In this document: in pieces, positions 11,563-22,579 of the stretch | Numbering within the stretch: the first letter of the stretch is position 1 | Layout: every line of letters starts with the position of its first letter | Source: Squalus acanthias | Lineage: Eukaryota | Reading direction: 5' to 3' | Assembly: GCA_030390025.1 (NCBI GenBank) | Contig: JASTWF010000355.1 | Coordinates: 434,001 to 493,893, forward strand | Length of the DNA: 59,893 nt | The notes under the pieces: model-generated | What the model saw: only the letters and a program-made list of their open reading frames with translations | Database searches by the model: none | Told to the model about the DNA's origin: nothing | Translations under genes and position numbers: made by a program

Positions 11563-14018
11563 ATGACAAGGTTTCTGCTCCTGCTCGCCCTGTTAGGGGT
11601 GAGCATCGGTCACCGAGGTGACGTGGAGGACTCCCACATCTATGGGTGCTCAGGAATGAGAGCACCAGTCGTCACCGCAGGGGGTGGCGTGCGGGGAGTG
11701 GAGGAGCTCGCCATCTACTTCCACGAGGAAAGGTGTCCAGGGTGGCTGGGGTACAACTCTACTAAATACTCCAACCAGCCCGGGTTCACGTACGGGGAGG
11801 CCTCCCTCCCATGCCCCAGAATACAGGTCGTTGTCACAAGGGTCTGTGTCACCGAGGGGAAGCGTGTGTGCCTTACCTGTAAGGGACGAATTCCCTTGAA
11901 TAGGTGGTGAGGCTCAGGAAGCTGAGCAGGGACGCAGGGGTCCATACAGCCGACTGGGAAAGATTAGGGAACGACAACCACCGGTCAATCACAGGGACCC
12001 AAGGAGGAGTAAGTGTTTGTTGGGATAAGTGATGGGTGTCGGAACAGGGAGGCTATGTTTGTATGTGGGGATCAGAGGAAGCCTGCCCCACAGGGGTATC
12101 CATCATCTTCTCCAGCCAATGGCAAGATGACGGGGAGGGGATAGGGTGGGATTCTAGCCTGCATGGGTGCGTGGTCCCACACATTCCGGTCCCAGTTAAT
12201 GCCACTGAACTCGTGGCACACATCCGAAAGCCCCTACCCACGACCCAGGGACAGAAAACCCTGGAAGAAAAGTGCCCTACCACCACCAAGGGACCAGGGA
12301 ATGGGATAGTCATGGTAACAACCGAAAATATACTTTACCAGGGGGTACACTATGCAGTAGCTTCAGTAATATTAAACCTTACCGAGGTATACTTACCTGA
12401 GTGGTGTCCTAAGGAGGCGGAGCAGCTGTACCAGGCCCTGCTAAAGGAAATGTTATGGAAAATTTACGAATTTGATTTCGCCAATATAGACAAAGTAGAG
12501 CTATACAGAATACACCCTGAGAACCCTATGGGCACGGGTAGACAAAAAAGGGAAGCCTGGAATGATGTCTTCACTGCCTATAGTACAGGGTCCTCTGTAA
12601 TAAATAGCCTGGATGACATGGAATTACAGACACAGATAAATGGTTTAAAAACCCAGTTAAGAAAGATCCTGAAAGATGGGAACACAGTGGTAGGCTCAGA
12701 GCTACATGAGGACCAAGCTATGACGGTTCATTTAAAGGAAATTATTGCAGAATTGGAAAGGCATGCCAAAACAGTAAATGCACTCATACGGGAGGATAGG
12801 AATGCATCGGATCAGGCTGCACAGAATGAGGTGTGTGTGCTGTACGGGGCATGGTTGCTGGGCGAGGGCCGTAGCAACCTGGAGGATTTAAAGCAAGGTT
12901 TAGTCCCCTCCTGGATCAGCAACAAGCACCTTGCAGCCCTCCACTCGTTTAGTAATTCGCTGAGCCCATGACAATTTCGTCTAGCCTCTGAAGCCTACCC
13001 TGTCCCAATAGATTGTGGGCGTTCAAATCACACCATCATGGGGATAGTAGTGAGAATGCCGGTCATGAGTGGGACAGCCCGACCCTTACCGGCATACAGG
13101 TTGGAGAACATTGGAGTCATTCAAGGGGGTGCACACATCCGTTTTACAGCGGTCCCACCTTATGTCATAAAGTGGGAGCACGCCATGACAGGTACTGACC
13201 TATCCGGGTCACACATAATACTGTGTCCCCTGCACTTGAACGCCTATTCCAAACCACAGTGCGTGTTTAAAGCTGCTGGCGCACGACCTATCAATTGTAC
13301 TATGGAGGTGATGGCACACGGCCATGTTTCCCCACAGGTAGCATATATAGGGGGTGGGACATATTGTGTCACCACAGGTGCGTCCCACTACCAGCATGGA
13401 CACTTCTGGTGTCCGGTAAGTGACAGCAGTTTTTGCTTTAAACCCGAGGCAGAAGTTCAAGTGGCCCAGGAACGGATTGTCCCCATTTCTGAACCCACCA
13501 CTGTTCACCTCACTGTAACAGAAAACATCACCAACCTGCAAAAGTATGTGACTTACTTTGGATATAAAATTACCCCTCTACCCGAATATCTTACCATCCT
13601 AATTAAAGCTGTAGAGATTTCACAAAAACATTTCTACACCCTGGAACAGAAAACAGTTGAAATAGCGGCAGAGATTTTGGATATAGTAGTTCCACCCTGG
13701 TGGGATATTTTCGAGAATATAGAGGTGCCGTTCTGGATCAGGATGGCTTCCCATCTTTTGCTGGTTTGCCAGCTCGGGATAGTTCTCTACCTGCTGTGTA
13801 CAAAGTGCAGGGGAAGGGACGGGGAGCTCCGCTCGAGACACGAAGGGACTTGGGAAGTGCATCCAAATAAAGGCTATGGCCAGGGATGGAACGAACCTTC
13901 AATTTTGTCTTTTAATAAAAAAAAATTGTACGTGTGTTGTGTCATTTTTATGATGTGCATGATGTGTTTTTTTCCAAGCTGTGCAGGGGTGTCGGACCCT
14001 CTCCGTGCTTGGATGTGA
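11563..14018 (+). pseudogene. env: env: class I fusion glycoprotein (F-like) with putative N-terminal Ig-like domain
   Basis: Signal peptide MTRFLLLLALLGVSIG; frameshift near 11905; in-frame TGA at 12030 and 12969; RQKR at 12540-12551 followed by a small-residue-rich segment and heptad repeat; Cys-rich region; TM HLLLVCQLGIVLYLL. Confidence 0.8.
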
Positions 14019-14175
14019 AATAAAGATTGATTCTTACCTGTATGTACCTGAAACACCACTTTCAAAAGGGGAATGAATGTTTGGGTTTTTAGTTTAGGTA
14101 ATGCAGGGGAAGGTTGGTTTTCGGGGATCGGAAATTTTGCTCACCTGTTAATGATACTAATTCAGTGTTAGTATC

Positions 14176-14186
14176 AAAGTGGGGGA
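14176..14186 (+). promoter_or_regulatory. Polypurine tract
   Basis: AAAGTGGGGGA immediately before the 3' LTR. Confidence 0.75.
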
Positions 14187-15237
14187 CGTAGGCTTCGCAA
14201 AATCCCCCAGAAACTCGAACAGAGCCCTAAGGAGAGTGATTTTTGGACTTTTCATACAAACTTTGGATGATGGGACCTCAGTGAAGTGATTTGATGTAAA
14301 AACCTAAAGACCACAAGAAGAAAACCTTGAGGAAACTGACTTTTCGAATCTTACTGGGGAAAGACGCCTTCACAGACACACAGGCTGCAGAGGGGCGTTA
14401 CCAGGCAGTGCAGTAAACTGTCGACAAAACCAAAAAAAACTCACAAACACATTCAAATATGGATCCCCAGGGGCAAACAAGATGCTGGTAATCTAAAAAG
14501 GATTCAATGACAATATAATTTCGATCACACAGTTTCATAGCCATTATCCCATCCAAAAAATGAATCAATCAGGTATCCAGAGAACCGATTTAAATGCCCG
14601 CCAAACAGAAGGACAATAGAGTGAATATTTGGCGCGTAGATAAGGCGGTGTTTAAATCAGAATGCGATTAACACTACGGAAAAAGCATCGGAGCTGGCCA
14701 GCCTGCCAAAAACGAGACAAAGGGTCATTTACATTCAAAATGGAATTCGTTTTAGTCAGGGGTTTTGAGCGCGACAAAAGATACAGTATAATTTGAAAGC
14801 CTGTGCCATAATCTTTTTTTTTGGACTGACTGGCGACGCGAACACAGCTCTCTCCCTGCTCCAGCAAAACTTACCACAAGCCACGAGGAAGAAGATCAGC
14901 ACGCAAGAAGAAACCATAATCCTGTCAAGGACTCGTTGGTGAGCATTATCCCTGATCTCCTGAAACCAAAAACCTAGCCAGATAGTGGGATATTTGGGAG
15001 GGATAAGGTTTTGTTTGATATATTGTCATTTCCCTCGCTTGTACCATGCGTTCCCCGAATCTGTGTTTAAGTAATACGTGTGTTTCAAGTTTGTTACCTT
15101 TTTCTTTCAATAAAGTAAATTTCTTTCATCAGAAACTGTTTACTGCAATTTTGTTCACAACCCCTAAATAAGCCCAAAGTCTAGGAACCGGAGGGGTGTT
15201 GGTCGATTCGAACCGCTCACTTAAGATATCCCTTACA
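14187..15237 (+). repeat. 3' LTR (1051 bp)
   Basis: Starts CGTAGGCTTCGC (T>C at first base), ends CCTTACA; collinear with the 5' LTR but has block indels. Confidence 0.9.
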
Positions 15238-15290
15238 TGGGCAAGGGATTCCCAGGTTTCAGTGGGGATGTTGCACTTTTTCAAAGTCTG
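15238..15290 (-). mobile_element. Tiny RTE-type LINE fragment
   Basis: Minus-strand translation LKKCNIPTETWESLAH resembles the C-terminus of RTE ORFs. Confidence 0.5.
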
Positions 15291-15625
15291 TTTCTGAAAG
15301 TCTGTACTCATAACCAGACACGGACAGTTAAAAAGAAAAAAAAACACATTTAGATCCCATTGACTGACTGGTACAGGTTGAAACTCGCACACACATACTA
15401 GAAGCTGACAGGTACATAACGAAACACAGATTCGCCTACCAGTTAGATAATGTCGTGCAACAAACACCACTCACATAGCAGATAAAGAGAGATAAAGACT
15501 CAAGTACCAGAAACTTACAGATTCAGAGTAACCCCTCTCTTCCATAGCAGAAATTGAAAGGTAGAATGGAAAACAAATTCTCATATATCAGGAATTGACT
15601 GGTACAGGGTAAAATCCATACTCGC

Positions 15626-15840
15626 TGTCATAAATCGCAAGTAACAACTCAGGAAGTACTACTGGGTGGCCAGCTGGGGCGCCGTCCAGGGAGTATAAAT
15701 ACTCAGGCATGGGCCCACCTTGGGCAGAGACAATCTGGAAACAGGAAGCTAGTGACTGCTAACTAGACCTCCATGTTTTGTTACAAGTTGATTAAAGCCT
15801 TGCTTTATGTTCAAGTGCGTAGTGAGTCTTTATTACGTCA
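15626..15840 (+). repeat. Gypsy 5' LTR
   Basis: TGTCATAAATCG..TTACGTCA; TATAAA near 15694; ATTAAA at 15791. Confidence 0.95.
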
Positions 15841-15939
15841 ATTTAATCAACTTGACATCGTCTCCACGCTTTGGGTGATTCGGAACAACCAGCTGCAACT
15901 CGAACCACAGAAGGGAACTTTGGAAGAAACTGATCCATC

Positions 15940-18900
15940 ATGGAAAAACTCCTTAGACCCGCTCGTCTCGACCTGGACCCGAATGCACCTGCGGCAGCAA
16001 AGGTATGGAAGCATTGGTTTCGTACCTTTAGCAACTTTCTTGAAGAATGTGGGGCGGATGTCCCTAATAAGTTACGAATGCTTATCAACTACGTGTCTCC
16101 TCATGTGTATGATTATATTGAGGACTGTATAGACTATGACACTGCTATCGAAATCTTACAGCAGCTATATGTCAAGTCCCCAAATGAAATCTTTGCTCGA
16201 CACCTACTGGCCACAACTCGGCAGCAGCCTGGGGAATCACTCGATGAATTTCTCCAGAAACTTCGCAGGCTCAGCAAGGATTGTAACCTTAAAGCAGTTT
16301 CAGCTGAACAGTATCAAGAGGAACTAATCCGTGATTCCTTTATCAATGGAATCGCGTCCCCTTTTATACGTCAGCGCCTGCTGGAAAATAAAAGCCTCAA
16401 TTTACGGGCTGCTTATGACCAGGCGTGTTCCTTGGACTTGGCCAAGAAAAATGCAGACACTTATCTCCCACCACGTGCACGGGCGGCGGCTATCTCCTTT
16501 AATGAGTCTTTCGGTAGGTCTCGGGCGGATGCCCCCACTGATGTTGACTCTACTCTAACAGACGACGACCCTACCCTAGAGGCCTTCGCTGATGACGACC
16601 CCGCCCTAGCAGCATCCTGGCAATCAGGAAGAAAGTGTTTCTTTTGCGGAGGGGCGTGCCATCACAGAAAATTTTGCCCGGCTCGTAATGTGACCTGCAA
16701 TCATTGCAGCAAGAAAGGACACTTTTCCAAGGTATGCCAGTCACGGGCCTTTGCTAACAAGAAAGGCCACTCCTCTAAAGTATACCGGTCGAGAGCTCCT
16801 GTTAGCTTCACAGCTGCTATCTATGGAGCTGCTCCTCCCCCAAGAACTACTGTTAAGGCTACAGTTGCCGAAGGGAAAATTGCCCCTCCTGCCATCACGG
16901 CTGTTTTTCCCCAAAGTTTGTCCCATGCAGCCACGAAGGTTTCAGTAAATGGGCACACTCTAAGCGCGCTAATCGACTCCTGCAGCTCTGACAGCTTCAT
17001 TAGTAAGCGGGCTGTCAACAGGTTAAAACTGCACATTTATCCCTCGGACAGGGAGATTGCAATGGCTCTGACGACTCTGACCACCAATTCTTCTGGCTTC
17101 TGTCTGGTCAACCTCATCCTCAACGGCCGCACGTATCTCTACACCCGGCTCGGAGTACTCGCAAACTTATGCAGCGATGTGCTTCTGGGACAGGACTTCC
17201 AGAAGCAGCACAAGAAGATCACTTTTGAGTTTGGAGGGTCAAGGCCGGAGCTTACCATTTCTAAGGTGCCGTTTTGTGCACTCTCGGCGGCCTTACTCGG
17301 TGAACCCTCCCTGTTTGCCAATCTTCCCCCCCGCTGTAAACCCATAGCCACCAAATCGCGGTGCTTTAGCCAAGATGATCGAGCGTTTATTGAGGCGGAA
17401 ATCTCTCGCCTTTTAGTCGACGGTATTATCGAGCCATGTTCATCTCCCTGGCGGGCTCAGGTCGTCATCGTGAGGAATCCCTTAAAACAACAAAAAAAAC
17501 GTCTGTGTATCGATTATTCGCAGACTATTAATCTATATACCGATCTGGATGCCTACCCGCTGCCACGCATAGATGACATGGTCAACAACCTTGCCAAATA
17601 CAAGGTATTCTCGACCTTCGATTTAAAAAGCGCGTACCATCAGCTGCCACTGCAAGACTCCGACAAGAAGTATACGGCCTTTGAGGCCAATGGTCGGCTT
17701 TTCCGGTTTCGCCGCCTTCCATTCGGGGTCACCAATGGGGTGGCCGTCTTCCAACGGGCCACGGATGGCCTAGTCCGGCAAGAGAACTTGACGGATACCT
17801 TTCCGTATTTAGACAATATCACTATTGCCGGCCATGATCAAAAGGAGCATGACGCCAATCTTCAGAGATTTTTTGACGTACTCCACCGTCGCCACTTAAC
17901 GTTAAACGAATCCAAATCGGTGTAGTCAGTGCCATCGGTGAACATTCTTGGCTACTGGGTGGGCAACGGTGTTATTAAACCGGACCCAGAGCGACTTCGT
18001 CCACTTCAGGAGCTCCCTCCCCCGACGAACCTCGGCTCTCTTCGTCGGGCACTTGGCATGTTTGCTTATTACGCAAAATGGATACCACACTTCTCCGATA
18101 AAATACAGCCCCTGCTCCATGCGAAGTCTTTTCCATTGGAAGCTACGGCTATTTCTGCCTTCAACCTCCTCAAACGACAGCTGGAGAAAGCCACGCTTCG
18201 CTCCATTGACGAAAATCTTCCTTTTGTGGTCGAATGCGATGCATCGGAGGTGGCGATCTCCGCTACCTTGAATCAAGGTGGCCGACCCGTGGCATTCCTA
18301 TCCAGAACCTTGCAGGGTAGCGAGCTCCATTACCCCCCCGTCGAGAAGGAGGCTACGGCCATCATCGAGGCTGTACGCCAATGGGGTCATTTTCTTGCTC
18401 GGCGTCATTTTATGCTTATAACTGACCAGCGCTCTGTGGCCTTCATGTTGGATAACCGGAGGCGCACGAAAATCAAAAATAATAAAATTCAACTCTGGAG
18501 GATGGAGCTGGCTGCCTTTGGATGTACTATCTGTTACCGACCCGGCAAACAGAACGTGGCCCCAGATACCTTCACACGGGCATTTTGCTCCTCAATGTCA
18601 ACGTCGACTCTGGCAGATTTGCATATGGACTTATGCCATCCTGGTGTGACCCGCATGTTGCACTTTGTGCGCTCCAAAAATCTACCATTTTCAACCGAGG
18701 ATGTAAAGAAAACATGCTCCTCCTGTAGGATTTGTGCAGAATTGAAACCACAATTCTTTCGCCCATCAGATGGCTTACTCATACATGCAATGCAGCCTAT
18801 GCAGAGGCTCAGCATAGACTTTAAAGGGCCATTGCCTTCGTCGACAAGGAACACCTACCTACTTACGATGGTGGACGAGTATTCACGCTTTCCCTTCGCC

Positions 18901-19881
18901 TTCCCCTGCCCTAATATGCTTACCTCTACGGTAATTAAATGCCTCGATCAGGTCTTTTCCCTTTGCGGGACGGCCAATTTTATCCACACTGATCGGGGTC
19001 CCTCCTTTATGTCGAGTGAACTTAAAAGTTATCTCTCCCAACGGGGAATCGCCTCAATTAGGACGACACCATATCACCCAATCGGTAACGGACAGGTTGA
19101 ACGATACAATGCCATCATCTGGAACGCTGTCCGTCTGGCACTAAGGTCACGCAACCTGCCGGACCAGCAGTGGGAAACGGTGCTCCCCGACGCGTTACAC
19201 TCTATCAGGTCTCTTCTCTCCACATCTACTAATGTCACGCCTCATGAGCGATTCTTCAAATTCCGGCGTCGCTCTACACATGGGACGTCTCTACCGTCAT
19301 GGTTGGTGGCTCCAGGCCCGGTACTACTCCGGAGGTTCGTCCGGTCTGCCAAAAACGACCCTCTCGTTGACGAGGTGGAGTTAACGGAGGTAAACCCCAC
19401 GTATGCGCACTTACGGTACCCTGATGGCCGGGAGACCACCGTCTCGCTCCGAGATCTGGCTCCCTGCCCAACCGGTCACACAGGCCCGAATGATGAAGGA
19501 TCCCCCGACAATGATATCAACACTCCGCACCCCTATGAAAATGACGCCCCGCCTGGGACATCGGGGGATCTGCCGGCAACGCTACCGGATCAACTCAGGG
19601 AGCTGGACGCTCCCCATAGGATGGCCACCCGAAACCAGGACGCCGGACAATCTCCAGCCACGACCCGGGATGAGGCCAGCTCAGCACCTGTGGGGACCCG
19701 CACCCGGAGTCATGATATTCCCAGTCCTCCACAGGATGATCAAGATGACGCGGACTCTACTGACTTACCGGTACGGGCCAAGCGACCCAGGGACCAGGAC
19801 ACGGTCCGGGGAGACGTGTCTTCCAGTCACAAGCAGAGAGCTAAACGTCTGCGGCTATTTCTGGTCCGCCTAGTCCGTTAA
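15940..19881 (+). pseudogene. Gypsy gag-pol polyprotein (gag-PR-RT-RH-IN) with one in-frame TAG at 17923-17925
   Basis: Zinc knuckles CFFC..H..C and CNHCSKKGHFSKVC; PR LIDSCS; RT RLCIDY, DLKSAYHQ, LPFG, YLDN; RH CDAS, EKEA, TDQ; IN HxxxxH..CxxC, IDFKGP, TDRG, NGQVER. Both ORFs are in the same frame. Confidence 0.92.
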
Positions 19882-19919
19882 AGGAAGACTGGACTTCCAA
19901 ACTTTTTAGGGAGGAAGAA

Positions 19920-20134
19920 TGTCATAAATCGCAAGTAACAACTCAGGAAGTACTACTGGGTGGCCAGCTGGGGCGCCGTCCAGGGAGTATAAATACTCAG
20001 GCATGGGCCCACCTTGGGCAGAGAAAATCTGGAAACAGGAAGCTAGTGACTGCTAACTAGACCTCCATGTTTTGTTACAAGTTGATTAAAGCCTTGCTTT
20101 ATGTTCAAGTGCGTAGTGAGTCTTTATTACGTCA
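19920..20134 (+). repeat. Gypsy 3' LTR
   Basis: Same as the 5' LTR except GAGACAAT vs GAGAAAAT. Confidence 0.95.
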
Positions 20135-20221
20135 CTCGCATCCACAGCTAATGAATTAAGCCAACACTCACATACCAGATACTAACAGATTCAGAATAAA
20201 ATCCACACTTTCATGCCAGAT

Positions 20222-21040
20222 CATAGAATCATAGAAATTTACAATACAGAAGGAGGCCTCTCGGCCCAAAAAGAGCTATCCCGTCTAATCCTACTTTCTA
20301 GCTCTAGTTCCATAGTCTTGCAGGTTACAGAACTTCAAGTGCATACCCAAGTACTTTTTAAAATGATGAGGATTTCTTCCTCCACCAACCTTTCAGGAAG
20401 TGCGTTCCAGACCCCCACCAACCACAGGGTGAAAACAATTGTCCTCAAGTCCCCTCAGGCTCCTCTGTTCCAAAGAATACAACCACAGACTATCCAATCT
20501 TTCCTCATAGATACAATTCTCCAGTCCTGGCAACATCCTCGTTAATCTCTTCTGTACCCTCTCTATTGCAATCACATCATTCCCGTAAATTGGTGATGAG
20601 AATTGTACACAGTACTCTAGGTACCGCCTAATTAGTATGTAATGCAGTTTGGGCAGAACCTCCCTGCTCTTATATTCTATGCCTGAACTAATAAAGGGAA
20701 CTTTCCCATATGTCTTCTTAACCAGCTTATCTACCTGACCTGCTATCTTCAGGGATCTGTGGACATGCACTCAAAGGTCCCTCTTTTCCTCTGCACTGCT
20801 CAGTATCCGACCATTTATTGTGTATTCCCTCGCCTTGATAGCTCTCCCCAAATGCATTATCTCGCATTTCTCCGAATTGAATTCCATTTGCCACATTTGT
20901 GCCCAGCTGAAAGTCTACTGATATCGTCATGCAATCTAAAGCTATCTTCCTCACTGTCAACCATACGGCCATTTTTGTATCATCTTTAAAATTCTTTTAA
21001 TCAGGCCCGCTACATTGAAGTTTAAATTATTGATTGATAA
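20222..21040 (-). mobile_element. 5'-truncated CR1 LINE
   Basis: LEYCVQFSSP..IERVQKRLTRMLPGLE on minus strand; CATAGAATCATAGAA tail. Confidence 0.85.
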
Positions 21041-21288
21041 CAAATAATGGCATGAGCAGATGAAATCCCACACGTAGATATCAGAAACTGACAGGTACAC
21101 GATAAAACCCACACACCCATAACAGAAACTGATGATACAGAGTAAAGTCCGTATTCATTTAGCAGTAATTAACAGGTAGTGTTTAAAAACATTTCTTCCA
21201 TTCCAGAAACTGACAGGTACAACGGAAAATACAATCTCTGAGCAGAAAGTGGCAGTTATAAAATAAGACCGACTCTGATATATCAGGA

Positions 21289-22575
21289 CATAGAAACATA
21301 GAAGATAGGAGCAGGAGTAGGCCATTCGGCCCCTCGAGCCTGCTCCGCCATTCGATGAGATCATGGCTTATCATCCAAACTCAGTACCCTGTACCTGCCT
21401 TCTCCCCATATCCCTTGATACCTTTAGCTTTAAGAAATATATCTAACACATTCTTGAATAGATTTAATGACTTGGCCTCAACTACCTTCTATGGTAGAGA
21501 AATCCACAGGTTCACCACTCTCTGGGTGAAGAAATTCTACCTAATTTCTGTCCTAAATGGCTTAACCCTTATCCTTAGTTTATGACCCCTGGTCCTGGAT
21601 TCCAGAACCATCGTGAACATTCTTCCTGCATCTAGTTTGTCCAGACCTGTCAGAATTTTATATGTTTCGATGAGATCCCCTCTCATTCTTCTATACTCCA
21701 GCGAGTGTAAGCCCAATCGACCCAATCTCTCCTCATATGTTATTCCTGCCATCCCAGGTATCAGTCTTGTGAATCTTCCCTGAACTACTTCCATGGCAAG
21801 AACTTCCTTCCTCAGATAAGGTGACCAAAACTGCACACAGTACTCATGGTGTGGTCTCACCAAGGCCCTGTACAACTGCAGCAGGACATCCCTCGTCCTA
21901 TACTCAAACCCTTTCGCAATGAAGGCCGACATACCATTTGCCTTCTTCACCGCCTGCTGCACCTTCATGCTTACCTTCAGCGACTGGTGCACAAGGACAC
22001 CAAGGTCTCGTTGCACTTCCCCTTCTCCCAATCTGTTGCCATTCAGATAATAGTCTGCCTTTCTGTTTTTGACACCAAAGTGGATAACCTCGCATTTATC
22101 CACGTTATATTGCATCTGCCACGCTTCTGCCCACTCACCCAACCTGTCCAAATCATCCTGGAGTTTCTCAGTATCCTCCTCGCAGCACACACGCCCACCC
22201 AGCTTTGTGTCATCTGTACACTTGGAGATATTACATTTAGTTCCCTTATCTAGATCATTAATATATATTGTGAATAGCTGGGGTCTAAGGACCGGACCCT
22301 GCGGTACCCCACTAGTCACTGCCTGCCATTCGGAAAAAGACCCATTAATTCCTACTCTCTGCTTTCTCTCCGCCAACCAGTTCTCTATCCACGTCAATAC
22401 CTTGTCCCCAATCCCATGACCTTAACTTTACACGCTAATCTCTTATGTGGGACCTTATCGAAAGCCTTTTGAAAGTCCAAATACACCACATCTACTGGTT
22501 CTCCCTTATCTATTTTCCGAGTTACATCCTCAAAAAATTCCAGTGGATTAGTCAATCACGATTTACCTTTTGTAA
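21289..22575 (-). mobile_element. 5'-truncated CR1/HER1 LINE (RT C-terminal half)
   Basis: ORF 21537-22397: SGVPQGPVL, KCTDDTK, EYCVQFWSP; CATAGAAACATAGAA tail. Confidence 0.9.
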
Positions 22576-22579
22576 CAAG

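Larger units (their letters stand above)
7134..15237 (+). mobile_element. Defective endogenous enveloped LTR element, lokiretrovirus-like (LTR-gag-deleted pol-env-LTR)
   Basis: Two ~1.1-1.2 kb LTRs, PBS at 8330, PPT at 14176-14186, CCHC gag, DTG protease, GNxxADxLAK RNase H tail, env with signal peptide, RQKR site and TM segment. Confidence 0.85.
15626..20134 (+). mobile_element. Young Ty3/Gypsy LTR retrotransposon (Mag-related), 4509 bp, TSD CTCGC
   Basis: 215-bp TG..CA LTRs at 15626-15840 and 19920-20134 with one mismatch; CTCGC at 15621-15625 and 20135-20139; PPT AGGGAGGAAGAA 19908-19919. Confidence 0.95.

Noticed and set aside
14064..14075. Alternative PPT/LTR start AAAAGGGGAA-TG
   Set aside because: Homology to the 5' LTR begins only at 14187.
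17923..17925. Programmed readthrough of the TAG in the Gypsy ORF
   Set aside because: It lies inside RT rather than at the gag-pol boundary; a nonsense mutation is simpler.
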